IMG/VR virus record: IMGVR_UViG_3300019360_000010
Coordinates: 1 to 56,444 of that record
Source: a virus
Lineage: Duplodnaviria; Caudoviricetes
Direction: 5' to 3' (one strand)
Length of the DNA: 56,444 nt
Shown: in pieces, positions 43,445 through 53,175 of the stretch
How positions within the stretch are numbered: the stretch's first letter is position 1
Layout of the letters: each line of letters opens with the position of its first letter
The notes under the pieces: generated by a model
What the model was told of the DNA's origin: nothing
Database searches by the model: none
What the model saw: only the letters and a program-made list of their open reading frames with translations
Translations under genes and position numbers: made by a program

Positions 43445-44868
43445 TGAAGCTTCCACTTACCGGTGGTTTTTACGTCGCTCAGTCGCTTCTCGCTTCGGCG
43501 CAGCGGTGCGTGAACCTGTATCCGGAGACCAACCCGTCGGAGTCGACGTTCCCGTTCACACACTACCAGACGCCAGGATCGTTGAAGCTCGGTGCGCCGC
43601 CGGCCGCCGGTTCCGGGCGCTGCATCTACCGCGCGTCCAACGGCGCGTTGTACGCCGTGGTCGCGCAGAACGTCTACGCGATATCGAGCGCCTGGGTATA
43701 CACGCTTCTCGGTTCGATCAGCTCGCCGCCGAACCCGTGCTACATCGCGGACAACGGCGTGGACGCGTTGCTGGTGGATGGGACGCCGAACGGCTATATG
43801 TGGGATCTCGCGACCGACACGTTCGCGCCGTTCGTCGATCCGAACTTCTACGGCGCAGACCGCGTGGACTATGCGAGCCTGCGGTTCGTGCTGAACAAGC
43901 CTGGTACACCGATCTTCTACTACAGCGAACCGACCTCACTGGTGTTCGACCCGCTCGACTTCGCCGCGAAGTCCGGTTCGCCGGACCCGCTGATCTCGAT
44001 CATCGCGTCGCTCGATCAGGTCTGGCTCCTCGGCGAGTTGACGACTGAAGTGTTCTACAACGCGGGCGCGACCGACGCGATCTTCGAGCGTCAGCCTGGT
44101 TCGTTCATGGAACACGGCTGCGGTGCGAAGTACTCCGTCGCCAAGGCGGATGTCTGGACGTTCTGGCTCGGCCAGGACCGGCAGGGCACGCACATCGTCT
44201 ATCGTGGCGAAGGATATCAGGCGCGACGGATCAGCACCTCGGCGATCGAGAACGTCCTCGCGGGATACTCGACCGTGGCCGACGCGGTGGGTTTTACCTA
44301 CCAGCAGAACGGCCACCTGTTCTACATCCTGGTGTTCCCGACCGCCAACGCCACCTGGGTGTTTGACTGTGCGACGAACCTGTGGCACGAACGTGCCTGG
44401 ACTGATCCTGACGACGGCACGCTCAACCGCATCCGTGCGAACGGCGTGGCGTTCGCCTACGACAAGAACATCACGATCGACTGGGAGAACGGCGCGATCT
44501 ACGAGCTCCGTCTTGACCTGTTCGTAGACGACGCGTCGCCGATCACGCGCGTCCGGTCGTGGGCGAACGTCGTAGAAGAGGGAAAGCGCGTTCTCTATCG
44601 TCAGTTCACCGCGTGGATCGATGCCGGCACGATCATGCAGCCGGGTGAAGATCCGTTGATCGGCTTGCGCTGGTCGGACGATGGCGGCAACACCTGGGGT
44701 AACACGGTGCTGCAGTCGATCGGCAAGACCGGCACGTACAACACGACGCCGAACTGGTCACGGCTCGGATATGGCCGCAACCGCGTGTTCGAGCTCAGCT
44801 GGTCAATAAACGCTAAGGCGGCGCTGCAGGGCGCGTTCGTCGAAGTATCCGGAGTCAGCAAGACGTGA
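43444..44868 (+). CDS. Packaged-DNA stabilisation / tail hub protein (P22 gp10-like)
   Basis: QRCVNLYPE, FWLG.D, RISTSAIE, YQQ.GH.FY.L.FP, WHER, LRWSDDGG.TW. Confidence 0.9.
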   Translation: MKLPLTGGFYVAQSLLASAQRCVNLYPETNPSESTFPFTHYQTPGSLKLGAPPAAGSGRCIYRASNGALYAVVAQNVYAISSAWVYTLLGSISSPPNPCYIADNGVDALLVDGTPNGYMWDLATDTFAPFVDPNFYGADRVDYASLRFVLNKPGTPIFYYSEPTSLVFDPLDFAAKSGSPDPLISIIASLDQVWLLGELTTEVFYNAGATDAIFERQPGSFMEHGCGAKYSVAKADVWTFWLGQDRQGTHIVYRGEGYQARRISTSAIENVLAGYSTVADAVGFTYQQNGHLFYILVFPTANATWVFDCATNLWHERAWTDPDDGTLNRIRANGVAFAYDKNITIDWENGAIYELRLDLFVDDASPITRVRSWANVVEEGKRVLYRQFTAWIDAGTIMQPGEDPLIGLRWSDDGGNTWGNTVLQSIGKTGTYNTTPNWSRLGYGRNRVFELSWSINAKAALQGAFVEVSGVSKT

Positions 44869-45188
44869 GCGACACGCAGTTCCAAGGTTTTCCGGATCTC
44901 AACCAGCCGGTCGTCGAGAAGGGCGGTCGGTTGACGCTGATCTGGTACCGGTTTCTTACCTCGCTGTGGCGGCGGACCGGCGCGGGCGGCGCGGGCAGCG
45001 CGGTGTTTTCCGGCGCCCCCCTGGACCCCGTGGCCGATCGCGGGTTTCTCTACGTGGCCGGCGGTGACGGTCCACCCATCGGAACGCCGCTCGTCTACTC
45101 GGGTCAGTCCGCGTTCTACGCCGACTACACGAACAAGAAGATGTATGTATTCTTCTTCGGTGACAACGCCTGGACGGCGCTGAACTAG
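44865..45188 (+). CDS. Hypothetical tail-module protein
   Basis: WYRFL..LW; GTGA coupling. Confidence 0.65.
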   Translation: MSDTQFQGFPDLNQPVVEKGGRLTLIWYRFLTSLWRRTGAGGAGSAVFSGAPLDPVADRGFLYVAGGDGPPIGTPLVYSGQSAFYADYTNKKMYVFFFGDNAWTALN

Positions 45189-45199
45189 GAGACAGCACC

Positions 45200-46216
45200 A
45201 TGGGTTTTGATCCGTTCACGATGATGCTCGGCGGTTCTGCGCTGAACGGCATCTTCGGTAGCCTGGGCAGCTTGTTCGGTTCCTCGTCGCAGTCGAAGGC
45301 TGCGGACAAGGCGATGCAGTTCGCTCAGAACCAGTTCATGATGTCGAAGCAGTTCCAGGAGGAGATGCTTGCGAAGGCGAAGGAGATCCTGGGACAGGGG
45401 AGGGACTCGGCGTCGAACTATCTGATCGGCGGTCGCGACGTCTCGAACAAGTATCTCCAGGACAGTTTGATCCAGTCGAACCTGTTGACGCAGGGTGGTA
45501 TGTCGCTGGGCCTCGATCAGCTGTCACCGTACGCCGCGCTCGGCGGTGAGGGGATCGAAGCGTTCAACGCGAACAAGAACCTCCTGATGAACCCGTTGGT
45601 GATGGATCAGGAAGCGCTGGAGAAGACGCCGGGGTATCAGTTCGCGTTGAACCAGGGCCTTCGCGCGCAGCAACAGTCCGCCACGACGCGCGGCCTCGGC
45701 CTGTCCGGCGCGCAGCTGAAGGGCGCGTCAGAGTTCGCCACCGGTCTGGCGGATCAGACCTACGGCAACCAGTTTCAGCGCGAGCTGTCGAACCGGAACG
45801 ACCTGTTCTCGCGGATCAGCGGCATGATCGGTGGCGGCGCGAGCGCGGCCGGTTCGATGGCGAACATGCTGTTCGGTGGCAACGAGTCGATGGCGAACCG
45901 CACCATGGGACTCGGCAACACGATCAGCGGCAACAACATGGCGACGGGCGGCGCGCTCGCCGGGAACGAGATGGACACGGCGCGCGCGATCGCGCAGATC
46001 ATGTTTGGGACCGGTGCGAACGTCGGCGGCAACAACATGCAGCTCGCCGGGCTCGGGTCGAACGCGCTGATGCAGCAGGGCAACGCGAACGCCGCCGGTA
46101 TCATGGGGATGTTCAACTCGCTCGGCGGCGCGCTCGGCAACATGGGCAACATGTCGATGATGAGCAGCTTGTTCGGTGGCGGCAACATGTTCAGCACCTC
46201 CGGCAAGCTGTCGTAA
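45200..46216 (+). CDS. DNA-ejection protein (P22 gp7-like)
   Basis: Gly/Met-rich; PY...G, TPGYQF...QG, GLSGA.LK. Confidence 0.82.
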   Translation: MGFDPFTMMLGGSALNGIFGSLGSLFGSSSQSKAADKAMQFAQNQFMMSKQFQEEMLAKAKEILGQGRDSASNYLIGGRDVSNKYLQDSLIQSNLLTQGGMSLGLDQLSPYAALGGEGIEAFNANKNLLMNPLVMDQEALEKTPGYQFALNQGLRAQQQSATTRGLGLSGAQLKGASEFATGLADQTYGNQFQRELSNRNDLFSRISGMIGGGASAAGSMANMLFGGNESMANRTMGLGNTISGNNMATGGALAGNEMDTARAIAQIMFGTGANVGGNNMQLAGLGSNALMQQGNANAAGIMGMFNSLGGALGNMGNMSMMSSLFGGGNMFSTSGKLS

Positions 46217-46226
46217 GGATATCGCC

Positions 46227-47843
46227 ATGACGATGGGCATGCTTGATACGTCGTTCTATCCGAAGAACAACGCGCTTCAGCAGCGTGATCCGCTGCAGAT
46301 GATGTCCACGATGATGGGCATCCAGCAGCAGGCGAACCAGAACCGGCTGTTCCAGCAGGAGTTCGCCGATAAGTCGATGGAGAACCAGCTCTACTCCAAG
46401 GCTGCGATCGACCCGGAGACCGGCCTACCGGACATGACCAAGATGGCGCAGGCCGCGCAGGGCATGGGTGCGGGTCGCCTGCTGCCGCAGATCATGGAGC
46501 GCGTTCAGCAGCAGCGCCAGCGTCAGCTCGAGATGATGTCAAAGCAGCTCGGTATCGCCAAGGATCGGTTTGACTACACCGCGAAGATCATGTCGCCGCT
46601 CGCCGGCAAGGAAGATCTGAACCAAAAAGACGTCGCGATGGCGTTTTCCAACCTGATGGATCAGGGCTTTCTCACGTCGCAACAGACCGCGCAGATACTC
46701 ATGGGCATGCCGCCGGGCGGCGATCCGCGCGCGCTGCGTCAGTGGGTCACGCAGAACTACCTGATCCCGACGTTGGACGCGCAGCAGAAGGTCAACTTCA
46801 TGTATGGCACGAGCGGCATGGCGAACGCCGGCAACAAGCTCGTGCCGTACACGCAGATGCCGGGCGGCGAGATCAAGACCAGCGGCCAGTCCATCCCGAT
46901 CGGTCTCTCACCGGACTCGGCCGCCGCGCCGCGTGAGATGATAGTGCCGTTGCCGGGCGGTGGCACGGTGAAGATGGCCGTGCCGGCGGCAGCCTGGCTG
47001 AAGCTCGGTGGCGGTGCGACCGAGCTGCCGCGCAACGATCAGGGTCTATCGCCACCGGAAGCGAACCGACTCGTTACGCTGAAGAACGAAGAAGGTCAAG
47101 AGTTTAAGATGACCGAGGCTCAGATCCTCAAGCAGCTCGGCGTTGGCGGCGCGGGCGTTGCGGGGCAAGGTGTCGGTGGCACCGCTACGCCAACCGCTAC
47201 CGGGCCGAAGCTGGGTGCGGGCACGCAGGCCGACGCGTCGGCGAAGCAGGGCGTGGAGCTGTCGCAGCAGGCCGATCAGGTTCCGACGCGCAAGGCGGAC
47301 CTGTTTAACCTGCGCGCGCTCAGCAAGACGTTTGCCGGTGGTCCTACAGCGGATATGGCGTTGAAGTTGAAGCAGTTCGCTAACACCTGGGGTATCCCGT
47401 TCGATCCGAAGGGAACGGCGGGTCAGGAAGAGTTCGACAAGATCGCGTCGCAGATCGCGTTGAAGCAGCTGCAGACGATCGGGACGGGCACCGACGAAAA
47501 GCTCGGCGCGGCGATGAAGGCCAACCCCTCCGCGTATCTTACGAGGATGGGACGCGACGGCATCATCTCGATGATGCTCGGGAACGAAGATGCGTTGAAG
47601 ACCAAGGCGGACGAGTGGCAGGCCTGGCAGGAAGCCGGCAACGGTCCGGGCACCTACGGCAAGTTCTCGAAGGAGTTCGGCCGCACCTTCAACCCGCGCG
47701 TGTTCCAGACGATGTACATGGAACCGAAAGCGATCGACCTCATGGTCAGGGACATGTCGACAAAGGAGAAGAAGCAGTTCGAGAAGGACTACTCTTTCGC
47801 GATCACCAAGGGGTGGGTCGCTGACCCGCGCGTGAAGCAGTGA
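46227..47843 (+). CDS. DNA-ejection protein (gp20-like position)
   Basis: Gln/Met-rich helical ORF in the ejection-gene position. Confidence 0.65.
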   Translation: MTMGMLDTSFYPKNNALQQRDPLQMMSTMMGIQQQANQNRLFQQEFADKSMENQLYSKAAIDPETGLPDMTKMAQAAQGMGAGRLLPQIMERVQQQRQRQLEMMSKQLGIAKDRFDYTAKIMSPLAGKEDLNQKDVAMAFSNLMDQGFLTSQQTAQILMGMPPGGDPRALRQWVTQNYLIPTLDAQQKVNFMYGTSGMANAGNKLVPYTQMPGGEIKTSGQSIPIGLSPDSAAAPREMIVPLPGGGTVKMAVPAAAWLKLGGGATELPRNDQGLSPPEANRLVTLKNEEGQEFKMTEAQILKQLGVGGAGVAGQGVGGTATPTATGPKLGAGTQADASAKQGVELSQQADQVPTRKADLFNLRALSKTFAGGPTADMALKLKQFANTWGIPFDPKGTAGQEEFDKIASQIALKQLQTIGTGTDEKLGAAMKANPSAYLTRMGRDGIISMMLGNEDALKTKADEWQAWQEAGNGPGTYGKFSKEFGRTFNPRVFQTMYMEPKAIDLMVRDMSTKEKKQFEKDYSFAITKGWVADPRVKQ

Positions 47844-49954
47844 CCGACACACCGATCCTCGACGCGTTGATCGGCAAAAAGGACGAAGCCGGTACGCCGA
47901 TCCTCGATCAACTGGCAGGAACGAACCAGTCCGAGGGGAAGCTGGCGGCTAACTCCGGTGCGGAGTGGGGACCGCTGCGCGAACTGCTGTCCGGCTACAC
48001 TCTCGGTGCCGGTCCGACGCTTTCCGCGTTCGGCGCGGCGACGAAGCAGGCACTGAAGACCGGTGACTGGTCGAACTGGGGCAAGGACTACGACTACGCG
48101 CACACCGCGTATTCTGGTGCGAAGAAGAAATACGAGGAAGACTCGCCGGTCGGCTCCGGTACCGCCGAGATCGCGGGCAACATCGCCGGTCTCGTCGCGC
48201 CGATGGGGCTCGCGACGAAGGCGGTGACCGGCGCGGGCAACTTGCTGCTGCGCGGCGCGCCTCAGGCGGCACGCGCACCGCTCGCCGAGGCCGGCAACTT
48301 CCTCACCGGTGCGTTTCGCGGCGGACCGTTCGGCGTCGGCACCGGCGCATCACGCGCGGTCGCGGGCGCGGGTGCCGGCGCGGCCGGCAACGCGATGCTG
48401 ACCGGTCAAGGGGAGACCTCGGCCGGGGACAACGCGCTCGTCGGTGGCGCGGTCGGTGCCGCTCTCGGCCCTCTCGCCCCCCTGATATACCGGGGAGCGG
48501 CGAACGTCGGGAAGGGTCTCGCCGCCGCCGTCGAGCCGTTCACGAAGCGCGGTCAGGAGAAGATCGTTGACCGTGCGATCGGCGACTTCGCGGCCGGCGG
48601 ACCAACCGCCGCTAGGTCGTCACCGGTGCCCGGGTCTGAGCCGACGTTAGCCCAGGCGACGGGCAACCCGGGACTTGCGGGCGTCGAGCGGCAGCTGCGC
48701 AACGTCGCACCGAACGAGTTCAACGCGGTCGAGGCCGGCAACATGGACGCGCGTCAGGCGCTGTGGCGATCGATGGCCGGAACGCCGGACACCATCACTC
48801 AGATGGAGACGGCGCGCGAGACGGCCACGACGGTTCTCCGCGACAGGGCGTTCGCGAACGCGCAGCCGGTGAACGCGCGATCGGTGGTGAAGAAGATCGA
48901 CGACATCCTCGCGTCACCGTCCGGTAAGCGCGATCAGGTCGTGTCGACGTTGGAGGGTCTGCGCGGCAAGCTGGAGATCGACAACCCGCTCAACGATCGT
49001 ATCGACCAAGCGATCGGACCGATAAAGGCGTTGCTGACGGGTAGCCGCGTCACCTCCTCGACGGACCAGAACGCGCTTCTCGAGGTCCGGCGCTTGATGA
49101 ACAGCGCGAAACGCGGGAACATCGACGAGGCGCAGCTGATCGACGGGTTGAAGAGCGTTAAGACGTCCGGAAAGCTCGCGACCGGAGCGGTGGCCGACGC
49201 GCGGAAGGCCATCGGTCAGGGTGATACGAAGCTGGAGGCCGATCCCGAGCAGCTGTACGGTATCCGTAAGTCGATCAACGACATGCTGTCATCGAAGGCT
49301 CAGGACGAGAAGTCGAAGGTCGCGAAGCTGGCGTCGAAGGAGCTGATCGAGGTGCGTGATCAGCTCGATCGTCTTCTCGAGCGGTCGGCACCCGGCTTCA
49401 AGCAGTATCTCAGGACCTACGAGTCGATGTCGCGGCCGATCGACGTTCAGCAGTACCTTCAGGGCCTCAACGTAACCGACGCCGCCGGCAACCTGTCGGT
49501 GCGCGGCGTCGATCAGGCGATCAAAAAGATCGAGAAGGAGATCGCGAAGTCCGGCGTGAACAAGGCGAAGTCCATCCCCGAACAGGCGCTCGACTCGCTG
49601 AACGCGATCCGTGACGATCTGCGCATGGCGGGATCGACCGCGAAAGGCAAGGCGGTCGGGTCGGACACGGTCCAGAACCTCGTGCTGCAGAACTTGATGC
49701 GTCAAGCCGGTATCGAGACCGGTCTCGGCAAGGTATCGGGTAACGTCTTGTTCAAGATACCGAGCTTGGCGTACAAGTCGGTGAACGAGGATCTTACGAA
49801 CCTGCTACTGCAGAAGATGCTATCGCCGCAGACGGCCATCCAGCCATCGCTTCCGGGTGGGGTGGGGAACCGCGTCGTAGACAACCTGCTCGCTCGCGGC
49901 GCTCCCCGAGCGATGATACCGCCCACGAACCGCCTTCAGCAACCCAGCGAGTAG
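47840..49954 (+). CDS. DNA-ejection protein (gp16-like position)
   Basis: Ala/Gly-rich; PTLAQATGNPG, LY..RK.I.D, GSDT..NL. Confidence 0.65.
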   Translation: MTDTPILDALIGKKDEAGTPILDQLAGTNQSEGKLAANSGAEWGPLRELLSGYTLGAGPTLSAFGAATKQALKTGDWSNWGKDYDYAHTAYSGAKKKYEEDSPVGSGTAEIAGNIAGLVAPMGLATKAVTGAGNLLLRGAPQAARAPLAEAGNFLTGAFRGGPFGVGTGASRAVAGAGAGAAGNAMLTGQGETSAGDNALVGGAVGAALGPLAPLIYRGAANVGKGLAAAVEPFTKRGQEKIVDRAIGDFAAGGPTAARSSPVPGSEPTLAQATGNPGLAGVERQLRNVAPNEFNAVEAGNMDARQALWRSMAGTPDTITQMETARETATTVLRDRAFANAQPVNARSVVKKIDDILASPSGKRDQVVSTLEGLRGKLEIDNPLNDRIDQAIGPIKALLTGSRVTSSTDQNALLEVRRLMNSAKRGNIDEAQLIDGLKSVKTSGKLATGAVADARKAIGQGDTKLEADPEQLYGIRKSINDMLSSKAQDEKSKVAKLASKELIEVRDQLDRLLERSAPGFKQYLRTYESMSRPIDVQQYLQGLNVTDAAGNLSVRGVDQAIKKIEKEIAKSGVNKAKSIPEQALDSLNAIRDDLRMAGSTAKGKAVGSDTVQNLVLQNLMRQAGIETGLGKVSGNVLFKIPSLAYKSVNEDLTNLLLQKMLSPQTAIQPSLPGGVGNRVVDNLLARGAPRAMIPPTNRLQQPSE

Positions 49955-50000
49955 CCCGGACACGAAGCCGGCGATCGCGATGATCGCAAGGGAAACGACG

Positions 50001-51284
50001 ATGCCAAAGATTATCCGATCCATCATCACCCTGTATTTTATCCTCGTTACCTCGCTCGCGTTAACCGGTTTTTCGGTGAACGCCGCCACGCTGCTGCCGC
50101 CGGGCAAGCAGCAGTTCTTTGACGTCAACGGCAACTCGCTCAGTTCGGGCTCGATCACGTTCTACGTTCCGAACACGACTACGCTGAAGAACACGTGGCA
50201 GAACGCGAACCAAACTATCCTGAACACTAACCCGGTCGTACTGGACGCGGGCGGCTTCGCGGTCATCTACGGTTCGGGTCAGTACCGGATGATCGTGCGC
50301 GACTCGTCCGGCAACTTGATCTATGATCAGCTCACCAGTTCGACGGCCGAGGTATCGGTCGACAACATCGTCTACTACGCCACGTCGGTAGGCGGTGCCG
50401 CGAACGCGATCACGGTCTCGGCCGTCTCGCCGACCGATTACACGCTGACGCTGGGCAAGACGCTGCGGTTCATCTCACCGTTGTCCAACACCGGCTCGAC
50501 CGTGCTAAATCCGCTCGCGCTCGGCGTCGTCACGATCAAGCGCGTCACGAACATCGGCACCGTCAACCTCGCGGGCGGCGAGATCGTCGCGGGCGGCGTG
50601 TATGACGTGCTGTACGACGGCACGAACTACATCCTCCTGAACCCGTCCGTCACCGACAACCCCTGTGACCTGAAGCCGTTCGCCGGTTCGACGGCACCGA
50701 ACGGATACGCGCTGACGTTTGGCCAGGCGATCAGCCGCACCACCTTTTCTTCCGTGTTCGCCTGTGCCGGCGTCGCGTGGGGACCGGGGAACGGTTCGAC
50801 TACCTTCAACTTACCGGACCTACGCGGCCGCTCGGTCTTCGGCAAGGACGACATGGGCGGTTCGGCCGCGAACCGGATCACGGCTGGCGTGAGCGGGATC
50901 ACGGGCACGACGATCGGCGCGGCCGGCGGTAACCAGAACGTCCAGCAGCACAACCACGTCGTCAACGTCACGGACCCGGGGCATACCCACACGGTCACGG
51001 ACCCGGGGCATACCCACACGATCGCTCACACGCACGGGTTCAACGCGCTCCTCACGCTATCGGGGATAACCGGTGCGCCGGGCGCGTTCGGCACGTATCC
51101 GGACGGCGCAGCGCCTAGTACGACGGGGGGAACGAGCACGCCGAACAGCGGCAGCAGCACGACGGGGATCACCGCTGCGAACTCGAACACGACGGGGATC
51201 ACCGCGACCACGAACAACTTCGGCACGGGAACCGCCGGGAACGTGCCGCCGGCCGCGATCGTGAACTGGCTGATCCGTCTGTGA
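50001..51284 (+). CDS. Tail fibre: signal peptide, head-binding-type N-domain and tail-collar domain
   Basis: MPKIIRSIITLYFILVTSLALTGFSVNA|ATLLPPGKQQFFD.NG...NPVVLD..G; FAG..AP.GY...GQA.SR..F, GNGSTTFNLPDLRGR, H.H repeats. Confidence 0.85.
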   Translation: MPKIIRSIITLYFILVTSLALTGFSVNAATLLPPGKQQFFDVNGNSLSSGSITFYVPNTTTLKNTWQNANQTILNTNPVVLDAGGFAVIYGSGQYRMIVRDSSGNLIYDQLTSSTAEVSVDNIVYYATSVGGAANAITVSAVSPTDYTLTLGKTLRFISPLSNTGSTVLNPLALGVVTIKRVTNIGTVNLAGGEIVAGGVYDVLYDGTNYILLNPSVTDNPCDLKPFAGSTAPNGYALTFGQAISRTTFSSVFACAGVAWGPGNGSTTFNLPDLRGRSVFGKDDMGGSAANRITAGVSGITGTTIGAAGGNQNVQQHNHVVNVTDPGHTHTVTDPGHTHTIAHTHGFNALLTLSGITGAPGAFGTYPDGAAPSTTGGTSTPNSGSSTTGITAANSNTTGITATTNNFGTGTAGNVPPAAIVNWLIRL

Positions 51285-51685
51285 GCGGTCAGGAGACGCG
51301 GCCGATCGATCACGGCGTGGCGATCGGCCGGATCGAGGGCGAGCTGAAGCACATCGTCGCGGACCTCGCGACCGGTCGCACGCGCATGCACGAGATGGCG
51401 CAGACCAGTCAGCGCGTCGAGACACGGCTTCAGACGCTGCTGGATACCGGCATCCCGCAGCGCGAGCGGATGCTGTCGGATCTCGCCGAGATCAAATCAA
51501 CGGTCGGCAAGCTGGAACCGCTGTTGATGGTGGTCGAGAAACACGGCAACAGCATCTCGTCTCTCGAGCACTTCCGGACCAAGGCGCTCGCGCAGATCGG
51601 CATGGTCGGCGGGATCGCCGGTCTCGCGGCCACGACGTTCGGGCTGCTGGTCAAAGAGTTCTTCTTCAGCAAGGGTGGGCACTGA
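51281..51685 (+). CDS. Coiled-coil protein with C-terminal TM (holin/antiholin-like)
   Basis: IGRIEG, coiled coil, C-terminal hydrophobic helix. Confidence 0.55.
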   Translation: MSGQETRPIDHGVAIGRIEGELKHIVADLATGRTRMHEMAQTSQRVETRLQTLLDTGIPQRERMLSDLAEIKSTVGKLEPLLMVVEKHGNSISSLEHFRTKALAQIGMVGGIAGLAATTFGLLVKEFFFSKGGH

Positions 51686-52075
51686 ATGACCGACACGACC
51701 GCGCCGGAACCCCCGCGACCGCCGCTGCAGACGACCGGCCGGCGCTTGCGCATGACCGTGGTCGATCACGTCGCGCGGACCAACACCCTGTCGGCGTACG
51801 GCACCGTCGTCATCTCGGTGATGATCGTCATCGGGTTCTTCGGCGTGCTGTTCTTCTTGCTGGTCAAGCCGCTCGGTGACCTGTCCGACTCGATGAGCGC
51901 GATCATGAACATCCTGCTCGGTGCGCTCGTCGCGAAGTTCGGCGACGCCTGCGCGTATTGGCTCGGATCATCCGCTTCGTCGGCGCGGAAGGACGCGGCG
52001 TCGCCGCCGCCGACCGTACCGCCGCTCGTGCCTCCCGTCCCTCCGGCACCACCGCAACCAGGAGTTACCCCATGA
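51686..52075 (+). CDS. Putative holin (2 TM)
   Basis: Two TM helices; LLG.L......YWLGSS.SS.RKD. Confidence 0.7.
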   Translation: MTDTTAPEPPRPPLQTTGRRLRMTVVDHVARTNTLSAYGTVVISVMIVIGFFGVLFFLLVKPLGDLSDSMSAIMNILLGALVAKFGDACAYWLGSSASSARKDAASPPPTVPPLVPPVPPAPPQPGVTP

Positions 52076-52491
52076 TCAAGATCTTGTATCTGGCCCTCGC
52101 GCTCGTCGCGCCGATCGGCCTCGTCGCCTGCGGCAGCTCGGGATCGACCCCGGCGGCGAACGGACCGATCGACGCGTCCGGCATCATCACCGGCGAAAAG
52201 GCGCGAAAAGCGGTCGGCACCATCTCGGCGTCCGTGGTCGCGCTCGGCACCGTCGCGATCGAGTACGCGTCGCTGCCGACGTGCCCGCAGGCCGCCGGCG
52301 TCTTCTGCAAGGACGCGGGAGTTGCACGCGAGATCGCGGTCGCGTTCGGAGCCGCCGACGACGCGTTGAAGAACGCCGAAGCGTACCTCAAGCAGCAGCC
52401 GTCCGGTGACGCCGGAGACGCGATCCGGTTGGCGAACGTCGGGCTAGCCACGCTGCAGTCGATCGTCCTCAAGTACAACCTCACGAAGTAG
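52072..52491 (+). CDS. Lipoprotein
   Basis: MIKILYLALALVAPIGLVA|C lipobox; AGGAG SD. Confidence 0.75.
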   Translation: MIKILYLALALVAPIGLVACGSSGSTPAANGPIDASGIITGEKARKAVGTISASVVALGTVAIEYASLPTCPQAAGVFCKDAGVAREIAVAFGAADDALKNAEAYLKQQPSGDAGDAIRLANVGLATLQSIVLKYNLTK

Positions 52492-52500
52492 GAGCCGATC

Positions 52501-52737
52501 ATGGTCGCTTCGATCGTTCCCGCCGCCGCCCTCACCTATCTCACCTCGGCGCTCGCCCTCGCTCCGGCGATCATCCGGCTCGGCCTGGAGCTGAAGCCGC
52601 TGGCCGAACAGATCTACAACACCATCAACAAGGATGGCGGACCGAGCGACGATGATCTCGCCGCGCTCGCCGCGAAGCGCGCGGAGATCCGGAAGAAGCT
52701 GGAGGACCTCGGTCACACCGACATCCCGATCCTCTGA
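52501..52737 (+). CDS. Small amphipathic protein
   Basis: AGGAG SD; TGATG coupling. Confidence 0.65.
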   Translation: MVASIVPAAALTYLTSALALAPAIIRLGLELKPLAEQIYNTINKDGGPSDDDLAALAAKRAEIRKKLEDLGHTDIPIL

Positions 52738-52964
52738 TGGAACTGATCGCGAGGATCATCGGGATCGGCAGCGCGGTCTTCAAGATGGTGTCCTCGTTTC
52801 TCAACGCGAAGCAGAGAAACGAGGACCGCGAAGCGGGAAGGAACGAGCAGCGTGTCAAAGATCTTGAGGCTCAGAACCGGGCGAAGGACGCGATGCTGGG
52901 CGCGGCCGTTGACGGTCCTACTCCTGACGACGTGGTTGACCGGCTGCGGAACAATAAGTTTTGA
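52737..52964 (+). CDS. Putative i-spanin (Rz-like)
   Basis: N-terminal hydrophobic segment and coiled coil; overlapped by a lipoprotein ORF in another frame. Confidence 0.55.
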   Translation: MELIARIIGIGSAVFKMVSSFLNAKQRNEDREAGRNEQRVKDLEAQNRAKDAMLGAAVDGPTPDDVVDRLRNNKF

Positions 52965-53175
52965 CATCACCTCGCGCACGCAGGGTCTCGTCGTGGACGG
53001 CTGCCCGCGCATCAAAGAATACACCGCCGAGCAGAACACGGCCGTCGCCACCGAACTGGAGATGCTGCCGCGCGACGCGATGACCCGGCGGTACATCGCC
53101 GACTATGGCGGACTGCGATCGCAGGTCCGCGCCTGCCGTGACACCGGACGCCCCGAAGGAGCACCGTCGTCGTGA
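52852..53175 (+). CDS. Putative o-spanin lipoprotein (Rz1-like)
   Basis: LLLTTWLTG|C lipobox; CP....Y...Q...A.EL...DY..LR.Q.RAC; start uncertain (52852 or 52909). Confidence 0.65.
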   Translation: MSKILRLRTGRRTRCWARPLTVLLLTTWLTGCGTISFDITSRTQGLVVDGCPRIKEYTAEQNTAVATELEMLPRDAMTRRYIADYGGLRSQVRACRDTGRPEGAPSS

